Position numbers and translations under genes: made by a program | Assembly (NCBI GenBank): GCA_048938025.1 | Contig: JBHLMP010000001.1 | Coordinates: 22,291-86,290 of the forward strand | Direction of reading: 5' to 3' | DNA: 64,000 nt | Origin: Promethearchaeota archaeon | Lineage (GTDB): Archaea; Asgardarchaeota; Lokiarchaeia; Sigyniarchaeales; SOKP01 | Part shown: positions 9,666 through 20,702 of the stretch, one piece after another | Layout: the number at the start of each line of letters is the position of its first letter | Position numbering within the stretch: position 1 is the stretch's first letter | The notes under the pieces: model-generated | What the model saw: the letters and a program-made list of their open reading frames with translations, nothing else | What the model was told of the DNA's origin: nothing | Database searches by the model: none

Positions 9666-10853
9666 TTATTCTGGAACTTTTCTTCTAACTCTACGTACTA
9701 TTAAAATTACAGCAACACCAATAACAATACTACATATTAAAGAAGCGCTTAACATAATAATCGGCATTATATCTGAGTCTTCTGGTAAATTTTCTACGAT
9801 TGTAACTAATTTACTTCCATTCCCTCCAATTAAATCAGTATAACTATATCCCACATAGCCAGATACTAATCCACTAGCGTTTACAGAAATAAATCCCGTG
9901 CTATTAAGAACATTTGCATCCACTATCCATGTAGTTGTTCCAATATTACCCATGGTTAAATTTACTGGATTGAGCTCTTTTGTATCGCTTTCGCCAAATG
10001 CAAGTGAAAAACCTGAGGGTAGTTGGATAGTTGCTTTACATATAGATGCAGGATATGCGGGAGTAAAATATGAAGGACATAAATATTCTACGTTAACCCT
10101 TACTGTAAAAGTTGAGTTAATTGCTACGATTGATGAGCACCTTACAGTTATTTCCCATGGACAAATAAAAAGTGCCCAATTTGCAGAATAGGACCATAAA
10201 TCTATAAATGTACTATACCCAATATGATAATTAGGGCCTCCGGGGGTGAGATACCAAGGATCATGTGTTATGATTGAAACAATATTCCCCCCATCTTTAA
10301 CATATCCAATAACAACTCTATAGTGTCCATAATTACAACCTGTAAATTGCTCTTGTAAAACCACAATTGGGTACCCATCATTTATTAAATTAACTAAACT
10401 ATTGACATTTGGTAAGTGTGCTTCAAGAGCACCATATCCGATTGGTCTATTTGTGTATCCTGTTATATTTCCTACCATTTCATCACCTAAAGAGGTACTC
10501 AATTTACTAAAATGAGCTGCTCTTCTCATATCACTTACATAAGTACCTCCAGAAGATGAAGCTGTTCGAGCTACATCTGCTATTTCTAATTGTGAAATAT
10601 CGGGTCCATAAAAATCATATACCATTTCTAAACTTGCGGGTCCACACCAATAGCCCTCTTCTTGGTAATAGTGTGGAACTGAGGGAATCACAACTTCTGT
10701 TGCAGCAGTATGTAAGTTAGAATTTGCTTTTTCTAAAAAATCTTCGGTATCTTCGGTAGCTTGAAAAAATTTAACATTTATAATCCCTATTCCAATGGTT
10801 TGTCCTAAGAATGTGAAAAGTATAAAAAAAATTGCTCCAATTTTTTTATTCAA
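9666..10853 (-). CDS. Exported, C-terminally anchored C39-like cysteine peptidase with a beta-sandwich domain
   Basis: N-terminal signal-like helix; QEEGYWCGPASLEMV (Cys), GHYRVVIGY (His), HDPW (Asp); C-terminal TM followed by RRVRRK. Confidence 0.82.
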   Translation of the reverse strand: MNKKIGAIFFILFTFLGQTIGIGIINVKFFQATEDTEDFLEKANSNLHTAATEVVIPSVPHYYQEEGYWCGPASLEMVYDFYGPDISQLEIADVARTASSSGGTYVSDMRRAAHFSKLSTSLGDEMVGNITGYTNRPIGYGALEAHLPNVNSLVNLINDGYPIVVLQEQFTGCNYGHYRVVIGYVKDGGNIVSIITHDPWYLTPGGPNYHIGYSTFIDLWSYSANWALFICPWEITVRCSSIVAINSTFTVRVNVEYLCPSYFTPAYPASICKATIQLPSGFSLAFGESDTKELNPVNLTMGNIGTTTWIVDANVLNSTGFISVNASGLVSGYVGYSYTDLIGGNGSKLVTIVENLPEDSDIMPIIMLSASLICSIVIGVAVILIVRRVRRKVPE

Positions 10854-11026
10854 TTGATTGCACCAAAAGATCCTTAGTTTTGAAAAATATTCTAGATCTC
10901 TATTTTATCAATAAACTCAAATTATTGTAAAAGATTTCAATAAACATTAATAAGTTACATTAATATTTAAAAGATTATATGAGCTAATTTGATTAATTTA
11001 GTAAATCCTTAAAAGTATATATACTA

Positions 11027-11371
11027 TTAATTAGAAATTTTTACATAGGAATTTGGCGTGACAATAAGATATTGATCCCCTAGACGCCCCATTGATCCCC
11101 CATTTTCTCTTAAAAAAGCCTTTAAATCTTCTATTCCTCTTTTAAGTTCAGAAATATCAATTTTTTCAAGGATTTCGGTGGCATTTATAATTAGTATCCT
11201 TCTACCTAATAATTGTTTTTTTATATCTTCAATTTGATCAAGAGACGAAAAATCATATTTTTTAATTAAGAAATTTTGAAGAAGGGAAGAGTATTCTTTT
11301 GAGAAACCCATTGCTTCTTGTGGAGACCCTAAAAGTTCAATATCTTCTTTATTTCCTTTAAATCTTGCCAT
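11027..11371 (-). CDS. sepF: Cell division protein SepF (archaeal type)
   Basis: RILIIN...ELKRGIEDLKAFLRENGGSMGRLGDQYLIVTP matches the archaeal SepF C-terminal pattern (GG-x-G-R-L...IVTP). Confidence 0.78.
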   Translation of the reverse strand: MARFKGNKEDIELLGSPQEAMGFSKEYSSLLQNFLIKKYDFSSLDQIEDIKKQLLGRRILIINATEILEKIDISELKRGIEDLKAFLRENGGSMGRLGDQYLIVTPNSYVKISN

Positions 11372-11492
11372 AACTAAGACACAACCTATAAAATCATAAA
11401 AAACTCAGTCGTTTTTGTTCATTAATAAAATGATTAAGGGCTAATTTAAATAAAAGAGTTATCGAGGAAAGATTATCATATATACCTGCATA

Positions 11493-13154
11493 TTATTTGA
11501 ATATTATACCTTCATACGGAGTTAATTTGAGGTTTCCGTTATATTCTTTTGGATCTAAGGCTTTTCTATTTAAATATGTTGAAAAAATTAAGTTAGGTTC
11601 CTGTTTTGGGGTTTTTGACAATATTTCTTTATCTGAAAAGTTCAAATAAATATAAACTACTTGCTTATTGTGAGTTCTACGATAAGCTAAACATTTTTTA
11701 TTTAATTTTTCTAGATTGATAAATTCAAATTCACCAGTTTGTAGCGTTAAATTTTCTTTTCTTACCTTTAATAACCTTTTATAACAGTTCAAGATAGATC
11801 CGGGATCTTTCTCCTCTTTCTCAACATTAACATTTTCGTAATTTTTTGATACTTTCAACCATGGTTTGATATTTTTATTTGGTGTAAATCCGGCATTATG
11901 TTTTCCATTCCATTGCATAGGTGTTCTACAAACATCCCTAGATACAAAAATACCTAATATTTTAACTAATTGAGGATAAGGGAATTTAGTAAACTTACGT
12001 CCAATTGGATCTTTGCTTGCTTTCAGTTTAAGTTTTACATTTGCCATACCTATCTCTTCTCCATAATAAATGTATGGAACACCTCTCAATGTAAGTTGCA
12101 TTGTAGCTAATATTTTCGCTTTCTGGACATTATTGCCCAAAAGAGAAATGTATCTATCTCTATCATGATTACCATATACAAATGTAGGTGTATAAGGAAA
12201 AGGGAAAGCTTTTTCATATCCCGAAATGACTTTAGTAATCTTTTTAGGCTTAAATTTAGGTGCAATTGATGTAAATTCAAAAAGGAAAACCATATGTAAT
12301 CCATTATTATTTGATCCATAATATTTCCTTAAATCTTCAATAGATCCGAAAACTTCACCTATCAAGAATCTTGTGGGTTCATATTCATCCAATATCCTTC
12401 TTATTTCTAAGGTAAAGTTAAATGTCTCAGGAAGGTTCAAATCATATTTATGATGTTGGAAATAATAAGCTAATTTTTTTTCAGAATACAATCTCCATGT
12501 AAAAGGATTATCTCTCAAACTTTCATCTTCGTAAATGCTATGTAATATATCTAATCGAAATCCATCAACTCCCTTATTTAACCAAAATCGTATAGTATCA
12601 AACATCTCTTCCTTAACTTCTGGATTTCGATAGTTTAAATCAGGTTGGAAGGGCAAGAAATGAAAATATACCCATTGATCAGTATTTTCATAATATAGCC
12701 ATGCAGGACCTCCCGGAAGAGCTTTCCAATTATTTGGGGGCTTTTGCCCTCCAGGTTTTTTTCCATCATGCCATATATACCAATCACGCTTTGGATTATC
12801 TTTACTTGATGCAGATTCTATAAACCACGGATGTTTAATTGATGTATGATTTAAGACAAGATCTAATACAATATTCATATCTCTATCATGTATTTCTTTC
12901 AAGAGTTTATCAAAATCGTTCATTGAACCATAACTTGGATCTATCTGACGAAAGTTTGATACATCATAACCATAGTCTTGTTGAGGAGATTCAAAAAATG
13001 GGCTAACCCATATCGTTTCAATACCTAAATCCTCTAAATAATCCAATTTTTCTATAATACCATTAATATCTCCGATTCCATTTCCAGTACTATCCTTAAA
13101 TGAGCGAGGGTAAATTTGATAAACTACGGTTTTCTGCCACCATTTACTCTCCAT
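11493..13154 (-). CDS. GH13 alpha-glucosidase / oligo-1,6-glucosidase
   Basis: WWQKTVVYQIYPRSF, DLVLNHTS, QPDLN, GVDGFRLD, GNHD, RTPMQW. Confidence 0.93.
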   Translation of the reverse strand: MESKWWQKTVVYQIYPRSFKDSTGNGIGDINGIIEKLDYLEDLGIETIWVSPFFESPQQDYGYDVSNFRQIDPSYGSMNDFDKLLKEIHDRDMNIVLDLVLNHTSIKHPWFIESASSKDNPKRDWYIWHDGKKPGGQKPPNNWKALPGGPAWLYYENTDQWVYFHFLPFQPDLNYRNPEVKEEMFDTIRFWLNKGVDGFRLDILHSIYEDESLRDNPFTWRLYSEKKLAYYFQHHKYDLNLPETFNFTLEIRRILDEYEPTRFLIGEVFGSIEDLRKYYGSNNNGLHMVFLFEFTSIAPKFKPKKITKVISGYEKAFPFPYTPTFVYGNHDRDRYISLLGNNVQKAKILATMQLTLRGVPYIYYGEEIGMANVKLKLKASKDPIGRKFTKFPYPQLVKILGIFVSRDVCRTPMQWNGKHNAGFTPNKNIKPWLKVSKNYENVNVEKEEKDPGSILNCYKRLLKVRKENLTLQTGEFEFINLEKLNKKCLAYRRTHNKQVVYIYLNFSDKEILSKTPKQEPNLIFSTYLNRKALDPKEYNGNLKLTPYEGIIFK

Positions 13155-13275
13155 CTATTTTTCCACCTTTTTTTTTATAAAGAAAGATTAATTAAAAAAA
13201 ATTTTTTTTTGTTTATATAAGAAATTCTCAATTCTAGGAAAAATATAAATTCTTTTCAAATCCTATTTTTTAAAT

Positions 13276-13809
13276 ATGGAATCAAAAACATCAAATTTAA
13301 TAGACCTCATAAAATCAAGAAAGAGCATTAGAAACTTTATTTATCAAAAAATTAATAAGGAAACTTTCAGAGATATATTAGAATGTGGTAGATGGGCTCC
13401 ATCTGGTCAGAATAGCCAACCATGGCGAGTCTGTGTTGTAGAACACCCCACTGTTAAAAGAATGGTGGCTGAGCAAACCAAATATGGTGGAATAATTGAA
13501 AGTGCCTATGTTAATTTCGTTATCTTTCTAGATATTGAAAGAGGGTACGACCGTGTAAAAGATATTCAAGCAATGGGAGCTTTCATGCAGAATATTCTTT
13601 TAGGAGTCCATGCAAAAGGGCTTGGTGCGGCTTGGATTGGTGAAATTCTGAATAATAAAGAGAAAATTAATGAAATCTTTAAACTATCCCCTGATAAGTT
13701 TGAACTGATGTGTGTTATTTCAGTTGGTGTGATTGATGAGGCAATGGAAGAAAAGAGCAAAAAAGAAAGAGAAAGAAGATCTATAGATGAGTTTATTGAT
13801 TGGTTCTGA
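13276..13809 (+). CDS. Nitroreductase family protein
   Basis: RKSIRNF, WAPSGQNSQPW, GLGAAWIG. Confidence 0.9.
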   Translation: MESKTSNLIDLIKSRKSIRNFIYQKINKETFRDILECGRWAPSGQNSQPWRVCVVEHPTVKRMVAEQTKYGGIIESAYVNFVIFLDIERGYDRVKDIQAMGAFMQNILLGVHAKGLGAAWIGEILNNKEKINEIFKLSPDKFELMCVISVGVIDEAMEEKSKKERERRSIDEFIDWF

Positions 13810-13828
13810 TTTTTTTATTTAATCTATC

Positions 13829-14554
13829 TTAATTAATTCCTTTTTTCATTTCTTTTAAATCTTTGAAGAAAAAGGATTCTCCATAATGGTTAAATAAAAC
13901 TGCTGCTGGATTGTGAGGATTTGACCTATCTTTAGCAATTAATGTAGTAATAGGGGCTTTTGAGAGCTTTGTAAACATGATATCATGCCCTACACATAAA
14001 CCTACTATGATATTCATCTCTGTTTCAGCTTTATTTAATAATAAAGCTTGTGCTACAGGATTACATGTAACAAAACCTATTGGATAACCTGTTTTTGAAG
14101 TCGTTGTAAATTCTTCTGGTACCCCAACATCTGTTTTTTTAATTGAACCTGTCTTACAGCAAACGGAGCATACATTAAAACCATATTTTTCTAAAATTTC
14201 TGCTGTTTTTTCTGCTTCTTTTTGTAAACCTATACAAAATGCAATCCCTAATTTTGAAAAACCCATCCCTTTCGCATATTCTATAGTATCTTTTAGACGA
14301 GGCCAATGAATATATCCTTTAGCTTCTACGATAGATGCTACACCTGTTGACTTCTTAATAAATCCATCTGTTTTATAAAGCTCTCTTGCTTCCTTTCCAA
14401 TTTCAGGACTTACTATCATAGGACAATTCTTCACTTCTTTGTTTACTCTCCCAATCGTGCAATAATTTCTACTATTGCATTTATGACATGTAGGATTAAT
14501 AAATACATTGTCATCTTTATCTTTAGAATTTTTTTTTTCATTCGACATTTTCAA
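13829..14554 (-). CDS. DUF1847 family metal-binding protein
   Basis: KLGIAFCIGL, SVCCKTG, CNPVAQA, GLCVGHD, KDR..HNP. Confidence 0.85.
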   Translation of the reverse strand: MKMSNEKKNSKDKDDNVFINPTCHKCNSRNYCTIGRVNKEVKNCPMIVSPEIGKEARELYKTDGFIKKSTGVASIVEAKGYIHWPRLKDTIEYAKGMGFSKLGIAFCIGLQKEAEKTAEILEKYGFNVCSVCCKTGSIKKTDVGVPEEFTTTSKTGYPIGFVTCNPVAQALLLNKAETEMNIIVGLCVGHDIMFTKLSKAPITTLIAKDRSNPHNPAAVLFNHYGESFFFKDLKEMKKGIN

Positions 14555-14661
14555 TCAAATAATCTATATAGAAATTTTGATTTATTCTTATTATATTTTT
14601 TACTAAATCTTAATTTATTGGAAATAAAAAACACTTGAAATTCCATTCCAACTTAAAATTA

Positions 14662-15981
14662 TTATTTTTTCTTCTTATTTTCTAAAGATTCGACGATATA
14701 TGGATTGAGAACCCAAATACCAATTATAAAAATAGGGATTAATGACCATTCTACAAAAATGGAGATGATAAAAGGCATGCTTGGACTAATCGAATCCCAT
14801 ACAAGTCCACCTAAGAAAGGACCTATAATCATTCCAAAGGACTCAAAAAGGGTAATTAGTCCGAAGATCTTTCCACGATGTTTGGTAGACACACGACTGA
14901 GAAAGTTTATAAATACAAAACTAACTGTCAGCATAATTGTATTATCAATAATAAGTAAGAAACCAAAAATCCATAGATTTCCTGAATTAATTATCAAAAA
15001 AGTAACTATTCCTCCAGCGAAACTTGCAAGTGAAATAGTAAGATACGGATTAAAATTATCTGCCATTGTTCCTAATTTTGGAGCAATAAGCGTCCCTATA
15101 ACTGACGTTGGAAGATAAAACCAAGCTACTAAGCTAGCGTTATTATTGATATTTTCAAGCACATAGGGCTGAATAAACGGGCGATAGAGTCCTGCATTGG
15201 TAGCACTAAAGAAAAAAGCAGAGAATAAAAGAATGATCCCTAATAAGAAAATATGAATCGAAGGATTTTCTGAGTTTTTATTATCTACATTCTGTTCTAT
15301 CAAAGTGTCTTGATTATTTTCAACCTCAAGATATTCAAATTTTTTATATTCATCAACTTTTCGTGAGAATTGAATTCCGGCGTAAAAATTAGCTATCCCA
15401 TATATAGGTATCGCTCCATAAGTAATAAAAACATTACTAGGATAAAGAAAACTAGATAATCCAAAAATAGTAAATCCTACTACTGTTCCAAGTACCATGC
15501 CAATACCTAAGGCAAATCTCCTCCGTCCAAAGGCTGAAGATCGATGAAATTTTGATGATTTTTCAGAAATAATTGTATCTAAAGGGTTCCAAAAAATATG
15601 TGCACCTAAACCCAGTAAAAAAGCACTGATATACATACCTATCAAAGACTGCATAATTATCGACATATAAAGCCCAAAATAAGATAAACCTCTACCAAAA
15701 GAACCAATCATAACTAAAATTCGCTTAGAAAACCGATCTGTTAAATAACCGATAAATGAAGAGCTAATTAAACCTCCAAGAGTAATAAATGAGAAGAATA
15801 GTCCAAGTTGAGCAGCAGGAGCATTTAAAACTTGCTTAATCAAATATGCCATGATAAATTCAATAAAAAAAAAACCTAATGAATTCCACACTACTATAAA
15901 TATAACTGAATTAAAATCAGAGGTGAATTTATGCGAGTCTGGAACTAATTCCTTTTTGCTTTTTCTTACGAATGATGCCAT
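14662..15981 (-). CDS. MFS transporter
   Basis: About 12 TM segments; motif A GYLTDRFSKR; RGKIFG...GPFLGG. Confidence 0.85.
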   Translation of the reverse strand: MASFVRKSKKELVPDSHKFTSDFNSVIFIVVWNSLGFFFIEFIMAYLIKQVLNAPAAQLGLFFSFITLGGLISSSFIGYLTDRFSKRILVMIGSFGRGLSYFGLYMSIIMQSLIGMYISAFLLGLGAHIFWNPLDTIISEKSSKFHRSSAFGRRRFALGIGMVLGTVVGFTIFGLSSFLYPSNVFITYGAIPIYGIANFYAGIQFSRKVDEYKKFEYLEVENNQDTLIEQNVDNKNSENPSIHIFLLGIILLFSAFFFSATNAGLYRPFIQPYVLENINNNASLVAWFYLPTSVIGTLIAPKLGTMADNFNPYLTISLASFAGGIVTFLIINSGNLWIFGFLLIIDNTIMLTVSFVFINFLSRVSTKHRGKIFGLITLFESFGMIIGPFLGGLVWDSISPSMPFIISIFVEWSLIPIFIIGIWVLNPYIVESLENKKKK

Positions 15982-16102
15982 ATTATTAATCTGAAAAAAA
16001 TATCGTTGCTAAAAAAATTTTGTTTGTGTATGTAAGACTTATTTTATTGATTCTAAAATGAAAGAGAAAAAATAATTTGAAAAAAAAGTGAAGATTTTTT
16101 TC

Positions 16103-16750
16103 TCATCTCCAAAAATGGAAAAAACTAGAAAAAATAGGACCAATCCAATAATAAAACTTAACCCAATAAATATAAGTCACTCCAAGATATAATAAAGCAT
16201 AAAGAAAGCCAAATATAAACCCAAATATTACATCTATTGGGAAATGAACTCCTAGAATAAGACGAGAAATAGCCATAGTGACACTTAGCCCAAGGACAAT
16301 AAAAAACAATAACCAACTATTAAAGTAATATGAAAATATTAGCCCAAAAAATAAAATAAACGTTACATGTCCAGATGGAAATGATTTCTGCTCTGATTCT
16401 CTCATAAGATATGGAATTCTTATAAAATCATCATGTTTCTTTACACCTTCACTTTCAAGAGTAATATATGGGCGATTTCTTCTGATAAGTTTATAGCGAA
16501 TAATTGAATGTATAATAATAGACTGATCAAAACCACCAGTAAAAAGAACTAAAAGATAATAATCTTTAGTGATATAACCATAGATAAACCAAGCTAACCA
16601 TAATAAACCCCAGAAATAAAAACTTCCAAAAAAACTGAAGATTATTGCGAAATTTTTACTTCTTTTACTAAATTTACTCTTATATAGGTTTAAAAAGATT
16701 TTATGATCCCAATTCTCCAATTTCTCAAGATAGTCTGATAGTACCGACAT
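16103..16750 (-). CDS. PAP2 family membrane phosphatase
   Basis: RRNRP, SFPSGH and SRLILGVHFPIDV catalytic motifs. Confidence 0.9.
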   Translation of the reverse strand: MSVLSDYLEKLENWDHKIFLNLYKSKFSKRSKNFAIIFSFFGSFYFWGLLWLAWFIYGYITKDYYLLVLFTGGFDQSIIIHSIIRYKLIRRNRPYITLESEGVKKHDDFIRIPYLMRESEQKSFPSGHVTFILFFGLIFSYYFNSWLLFFIVLGLSVTMAISRLILGVHFPIDVIFGFIFGFLYALLYLGVTYIYWVKFYYWIGPIFSSFFHFWR

Positions 16751-17177
16751 TAGCCCATTTAAACGGTGGATTTAAGTTAGGATGTAAACATGTCCTTAAA
16801 AAACTTTTCAGACTTTTAATCATCTTGATTGATTTTATGATTAAGAGTATAATTAGTATTATTTAGTAGAAATCAGCTAAAATTCTCCAATATTTCAATA
16901 TATTATATTAAAATGAATAAGAAACCATAAGCTTAAAACAAGAATTTCTGAATATTAAAAAGAGTCCAGATATTAAAAATTGAAGATAAAAATAGAAAAA
17001 ATTTCTTGAGATTATCAAGAAAAATTCCTAAATCCTCTTTATTTAACAGAAAGGAACCATTAGATTTAATTAATATTTACTATGTAGAGCTAACAATAGG
17101 TTTAAATAATAAAATTAATTTTATAAGATAAAGAATAATCAATCATTTTTCAACATATATAAAAAAGTGAAAAAATT

Positions 17178-17684
17178 ATGGTTGAAAATAATGCCTTTTC
17201 AGAAGATAGTTTGTATGAAATAGCGAGAAATAAAGTTAATTTTAGACTTTCTGTTAAAATTCATGTTGGTGTTTTTATTGTTGTATCAACATTACTATTG
17301 AGTATTAATCTAATTTTTAGTCCCACTATTTTATGGGTTTTATTTCCATTTTTTGGCTGGTTTATAGGTGTTATTTTACACACGACTGCTTATATCGTGT
17401 ATGCTAGAGGAGTTTATCCTATTGCTAAAAGGGGGGTAATATTTCATATATGTGCTTTTACATTTGTGATATTGTATCTATTTATAATAAATTTGACCAC
17501 ACTTCCAAACTATTATTGGGCAATATATCCGCTAATTTTTTGGGGTTCAGCTTTAGTCATACATATTATCGCGTATTTGGTATTATATCGAGGAAAAATT
17601 GATGATCAAGGTGAAACTAAATCGCGAAAAGAGAGAGCTATTGAAAAGGAAATGGAAAAAATGCGAAAACGAATGAAGAAGTAG
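17178..17684 (+). CDS. Membrane protein with two tandem 2TM domains
   Basis: Repeated H-x...IN...W...P..(G/F)W...H units; C-terminal ERAIEKEM typical of 2TM domains. Confidence 0.7.
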   Translation: MVENNAFSEDSLYEIARNKVNFRLSVKIHVGVFIVVSTLLLSINLIFSPTILWVLFPFFGWFIGVILHTTAYIVYARGVYPIAKRGVIFHICAFTFVILYLFIINLTTLPNYYWAIYPLIFWGSALVIHIIAYLVLYRGKIDDQGETKSRKERAIEKEMEKMRKRMKK

Positions 17685-17708
17685 GAGGAAGGGTAAGTTA
17701 AAATAATA

Positions 17709-18353
17709 ATGTGGCTAGGAAAATTTTTAGATCTTGAGGAAGATATAAAAAAGTTAAGATCTAGGATAAAAAAAGGATTTTTTGACAGTTTAAAAAAAGA
17801 TAAACTCACTCCTCTTGAATTTACAATTATAGAGACAATTTTTAACAGTAAAGAGCAATCTGGTTATGACTTGATAAATAACTTAAATAAGCAGTTTGCA
17901 GGGACTTGGGAAGCTCAATCAGGCACAATATATCCAATATTAAGAAAATTAGAGTATTCTGGTTTTTTAAAATCAAGAACTGTTAAAAGTCCAATAGGGC
18001 CCTTACGAAAGGTTTATTCACTAACAGAAGCAGGTGGAGAGATTCTAAAACATAAGGTAAACAAACATTATCTTGATCAACTTAAATTTACAGAGAATTT
18101 TTTAGTAGAACTTTCTTCAATATATATTCATTCTTTTCCAGAGGATGAGAAAGATGAAATCATAAAAGATATAAAAAGCCTCCTAAAAGAAGCATTTGAT
18201 AATGTTATGAAAAATATTCCTCCGACGCTTCTATTTAAAGCTAAATGTCAAGCATGCGGTTCTGAGATCAATCGAGAAGCACAATTTTGCCCAAATTGTG
18301 GCACATCGTTACTACCTGCTATAGAAAATGATACAAAAGAATCTGATACATAA
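17709..18353 (+). CDS. PadR family transcriptional regulator with C-terminal zinc ribbon
   Basis: SGYDL...SGTIYPILRKLE..G...RKVYSLTEAG; CQACG...FCPNCG. Confidence 0.88.
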   Translation: MWLGKFLDLEEDIKKLRSRIKKGFFDSLKKDKLTPLEFTIIETIFNSKEQSGYDLINNLNKQFAGTWEAQSGTIYPILRKLEYSGFLKSRTVKSPIGPLRKVYSLTEAGGEILKHKVNKHYLDQLKFTENFLVELSSIYIHSFPEDEKDEIIKDIKSLLKEAFDNVMKNIPPTLLFKAKCQACGSEINREAQFCPNCGTSLLPAIENDTKESDT

Positions 18354-18461
18354 AAATGGATATTAGAGAAAGCCTATAATCACAATAAAATTTTATTATA
18401 TTTTGTACTAGGATATATTCAACCTTGTAAGTTTACCCGACAAGTTCCTGTTGCATAAAGA

Positions 18462-19724
18462 TTATTCAATATCTATGCCATATTTTTTAAAGATTTTCAA
18501 TAATTCATCGCTTGCTAATCTCTTTAAAATATCTTTTAAAGGAGCTAAAACTTCATCTTTTTGTGCTTCTCTATTTTTACTAATTCTATCTTTAACTTCA
18601 AATCCACTTTGCGCCCATGAATATTCATCGTTGAAAGTAAACCATATATCTTTATATGCTCCTTCTTGACCACCATCTCCAGCTAAAGGTTTTTTTTCAA
18701 TAGAAACTTCAGGATCCTGCAAATAACACCAATCAAGCACCACCCACTCTAGTTTCCTTTTAGAATCATCTCGATCAGCAAGATAAATGCAATAAGCATG
18801 ACCACCTAGCTCGGATTCTGATGGGGCGACTACGGGATCAGCCATAACTTGAGCAGCGCAAACCTTGACCCTCCAAGACGGTATTCCTGCATTAATCAAC
18901 AAGCTTGCAATTAAAATTGCACCATCCTCACAATCTCCTATTTCTGATTGGATTGATTCAAAAGGGAATTGCCAAAACTCAGGACAGTCAGATGTAAGAT
19001 CATCATACTTATATCTTAGAAAATTGCAAACAAAATTCTGTATTGCCAAGGCCGTTTCATTAGGGGTTTCTCTTCTCAGTCCAATTTGAGTGATAACATG
19101 CCATAAGATTGCATCATCTTTTTTTAAAAATGTCTTGACATCGACATCAATTTCCTTCTTGTACAATTCTCCTCTTAATGCTCTTCCTGTGTATATAATT
19201 GGAGCGGTCTCCCATTTTAGGTTCCAGTAATCCGGTCCATAATCCCCATAATCTCCCTTAAATTCCTCGATGGGAACATATTCAATGGGTGCGACCGGTT
19301 GTGGTGCTGGTTCTTTTTTAGGGATTGTCTTTTTTTGTACGTCAGCTAAATCTTTTGATTTTTCAATCCAGCTTTCTATATCCTTTAGGATTGGAATTTT
19401 GGTCAAAATCTTAGGATTTTCCTTTTTTAATTGCTTTAACCTTTCTAAAATGCTTTTAGAATTCCTATGAGCAAGTTCTTTAACCGAATCAATACCAATC
19501 AAATTTAAGGCATTTGCAATTTTCGGATTAACACCCTCGATTCTCATTAAATCTGCATGTTCTTGCCATGTATCAATTAGTTGTGGAGGAATTCCTGTCT
19601 TGCTAGCTAACTTTTTGATTTGACTACTAGTAAGTGGTAGCAGATCTTCAACTTTACTAATACCTTCTTTTTTTAGTAGCTTCGCATGTTCATCTTCTAA
19701 ACTAATAATTTCAATAATATTCAA
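18462..19724 (-). CDS. DUF4332 (HhH-like) domain fused to a transglutaminase-like cysteine-protease domain
   Basis: N-terminal WQEHADLMRIEGV...ELAHRN (DUF4332-like); C-terminal GDCEDGAIL, GGHAYC and VVLDW triad. Confidence 0.75.
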   Translation of the reverse strand: MNIIEIISLEDEHAKLLKKEGISKVEDLLPLTSSQIKKLASKTGIPPQLIDTWQEHADLMRIEGVNPKIANALNLIGIDSVKELAHRNSKSILERLKQLKKENPKILTKIPILKDIESWIEKSKDLADVQKKTIPKKEPAPQPVAPIEYVPIEEFKGDYGDYGPDYWNLKWETAPIIYTGRALRGELYKKEIDVDVKTFLKKDDAILWHVITQIGLRRETPNETALAIQNFVCNFLRYKYDDLTSDCPEFWQFPFESIQSEIGDCEDGAILIASLLINAGIPSWRVKVCAAQVMADPVVAPSESELGGHAYCIYLADRDDSKRKLEWVVLDWCYLQDPEVSIEKKPLAGDGGQEGAYKDIWFTFNDEYSWAQSGFEVKDRISKNREAQKDEVLAPLKDILKRLASDELLKIFKKYGIDIE

Positions 19725-19878
19725 ATTTTTAACCTTTAAATTTAAATTAAAATCAACTTGATTAGTAAAAATATTGCACTCTTTTTTTATAAGATTTTAC
19801 ATAAAATTGCAGACTAAATAATGATTTATAAACCTAATATAACTAAAAATTAAATGATTTAACTTACACAAATTCTAT

Positions 19879-20517
19879 TTAAGTTGGCAGAAGAAAATCC
19901 TTTTGTACTAAATAAAAAATCGCATTAGCTATTTCATTATTTTCAAAATCTAAAGACTTCATTGCTTCGATAAATAACTCAGAAAGAAAAATTTTTCCTT
20001 TAGTTTTATTAGCTATAGATTTAGCTAATTCAAATACTTGTTTAGTATTTGAGGAAATTTTTTTGCCTTTCGAAAGACCAATTTTATGAGGATAAGTAAG
20101 GCTTAGATGAAAAACCTCTTCAACTATTTGGTCTATATTTTCTTTACTTTTTTTATTCTTATGAAAAATTGAGATATCTCCTTGAAAATGATTATATAAG
20201 TCTTTAATTTCTTGACCATATTGCTCTTCAAAAAGGTTACAAAAAAAACCAAGAAGTTCTCTTGTAAAGGGAATGGGCTTTTCATTAAGTATTAAACTTA
20301 CCCAGATCATCTTACCAGCTCTTGTAATTAAATATTTTCCTTTCAGTGTAGCTTGTTCAATTCTTCCTTCATCAATAGGAAAATCTAATATCTCATATTG
20401 GATCGTGTCTCGAAATAAGTCAATTATTTCCGGCTCAAATTCTCCTGCGGTTGTATAATAGATAATTCCTTTTGATTCCTTATGAGTAATAATGAGATAT
20501 TCAATCGATAGCGCAAT
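19879..20517 (-). CDS. Longin-like domain protein with a C-terminal winged-helix-like region (probable non-ATG start)
   Basis: The frame stays open from the listed ATG (20310) up to TGA at 20551-20553, giving IALSIEYLIITHKESKGIIYY... No ATG, GTG or TTG lies in this stretch; ATT candidates are at 20505, 20517, 20535 and 20541. The F..LFEEQYG.EI....GDISIF pattern resembles Asgard longins. Confidence 0.55.
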   Translation of the reverse strand: MALSIEYLIITHKESKGIIYYTTAGEFEPEIIDLFRDTIQYEILDFPIDEGRIEQATLKGKYLITRAGKMIWVSLILNEKPIPFTRELLGFFCNLFEEQYGQEIKDLYNHFQGDISIFHKNKKSKENIDQIVEEVFHLSLTYPHKIGLSKGKKISSNTKQVFELAKSIANKTKGKIFLSELFIEAMKSLDFENNEIANAIFYLVQKDFLLPT

Positions 20518-20702
20518 TGTAAAATATTCGGAAATTTGAATCTCGACCTTTCATTTTAAATCCTTTGTGTAATCTAATAGCGATTCATTTATTTATAATT
20601 TACTTATAATTTGTTTAATATCTCTCAGTTTAGCAAAACATTTACGATCTTATAAACATAAGAAAATGGTACTATGATCTTATAAGGGTTAAGAATAATG
20701 TG

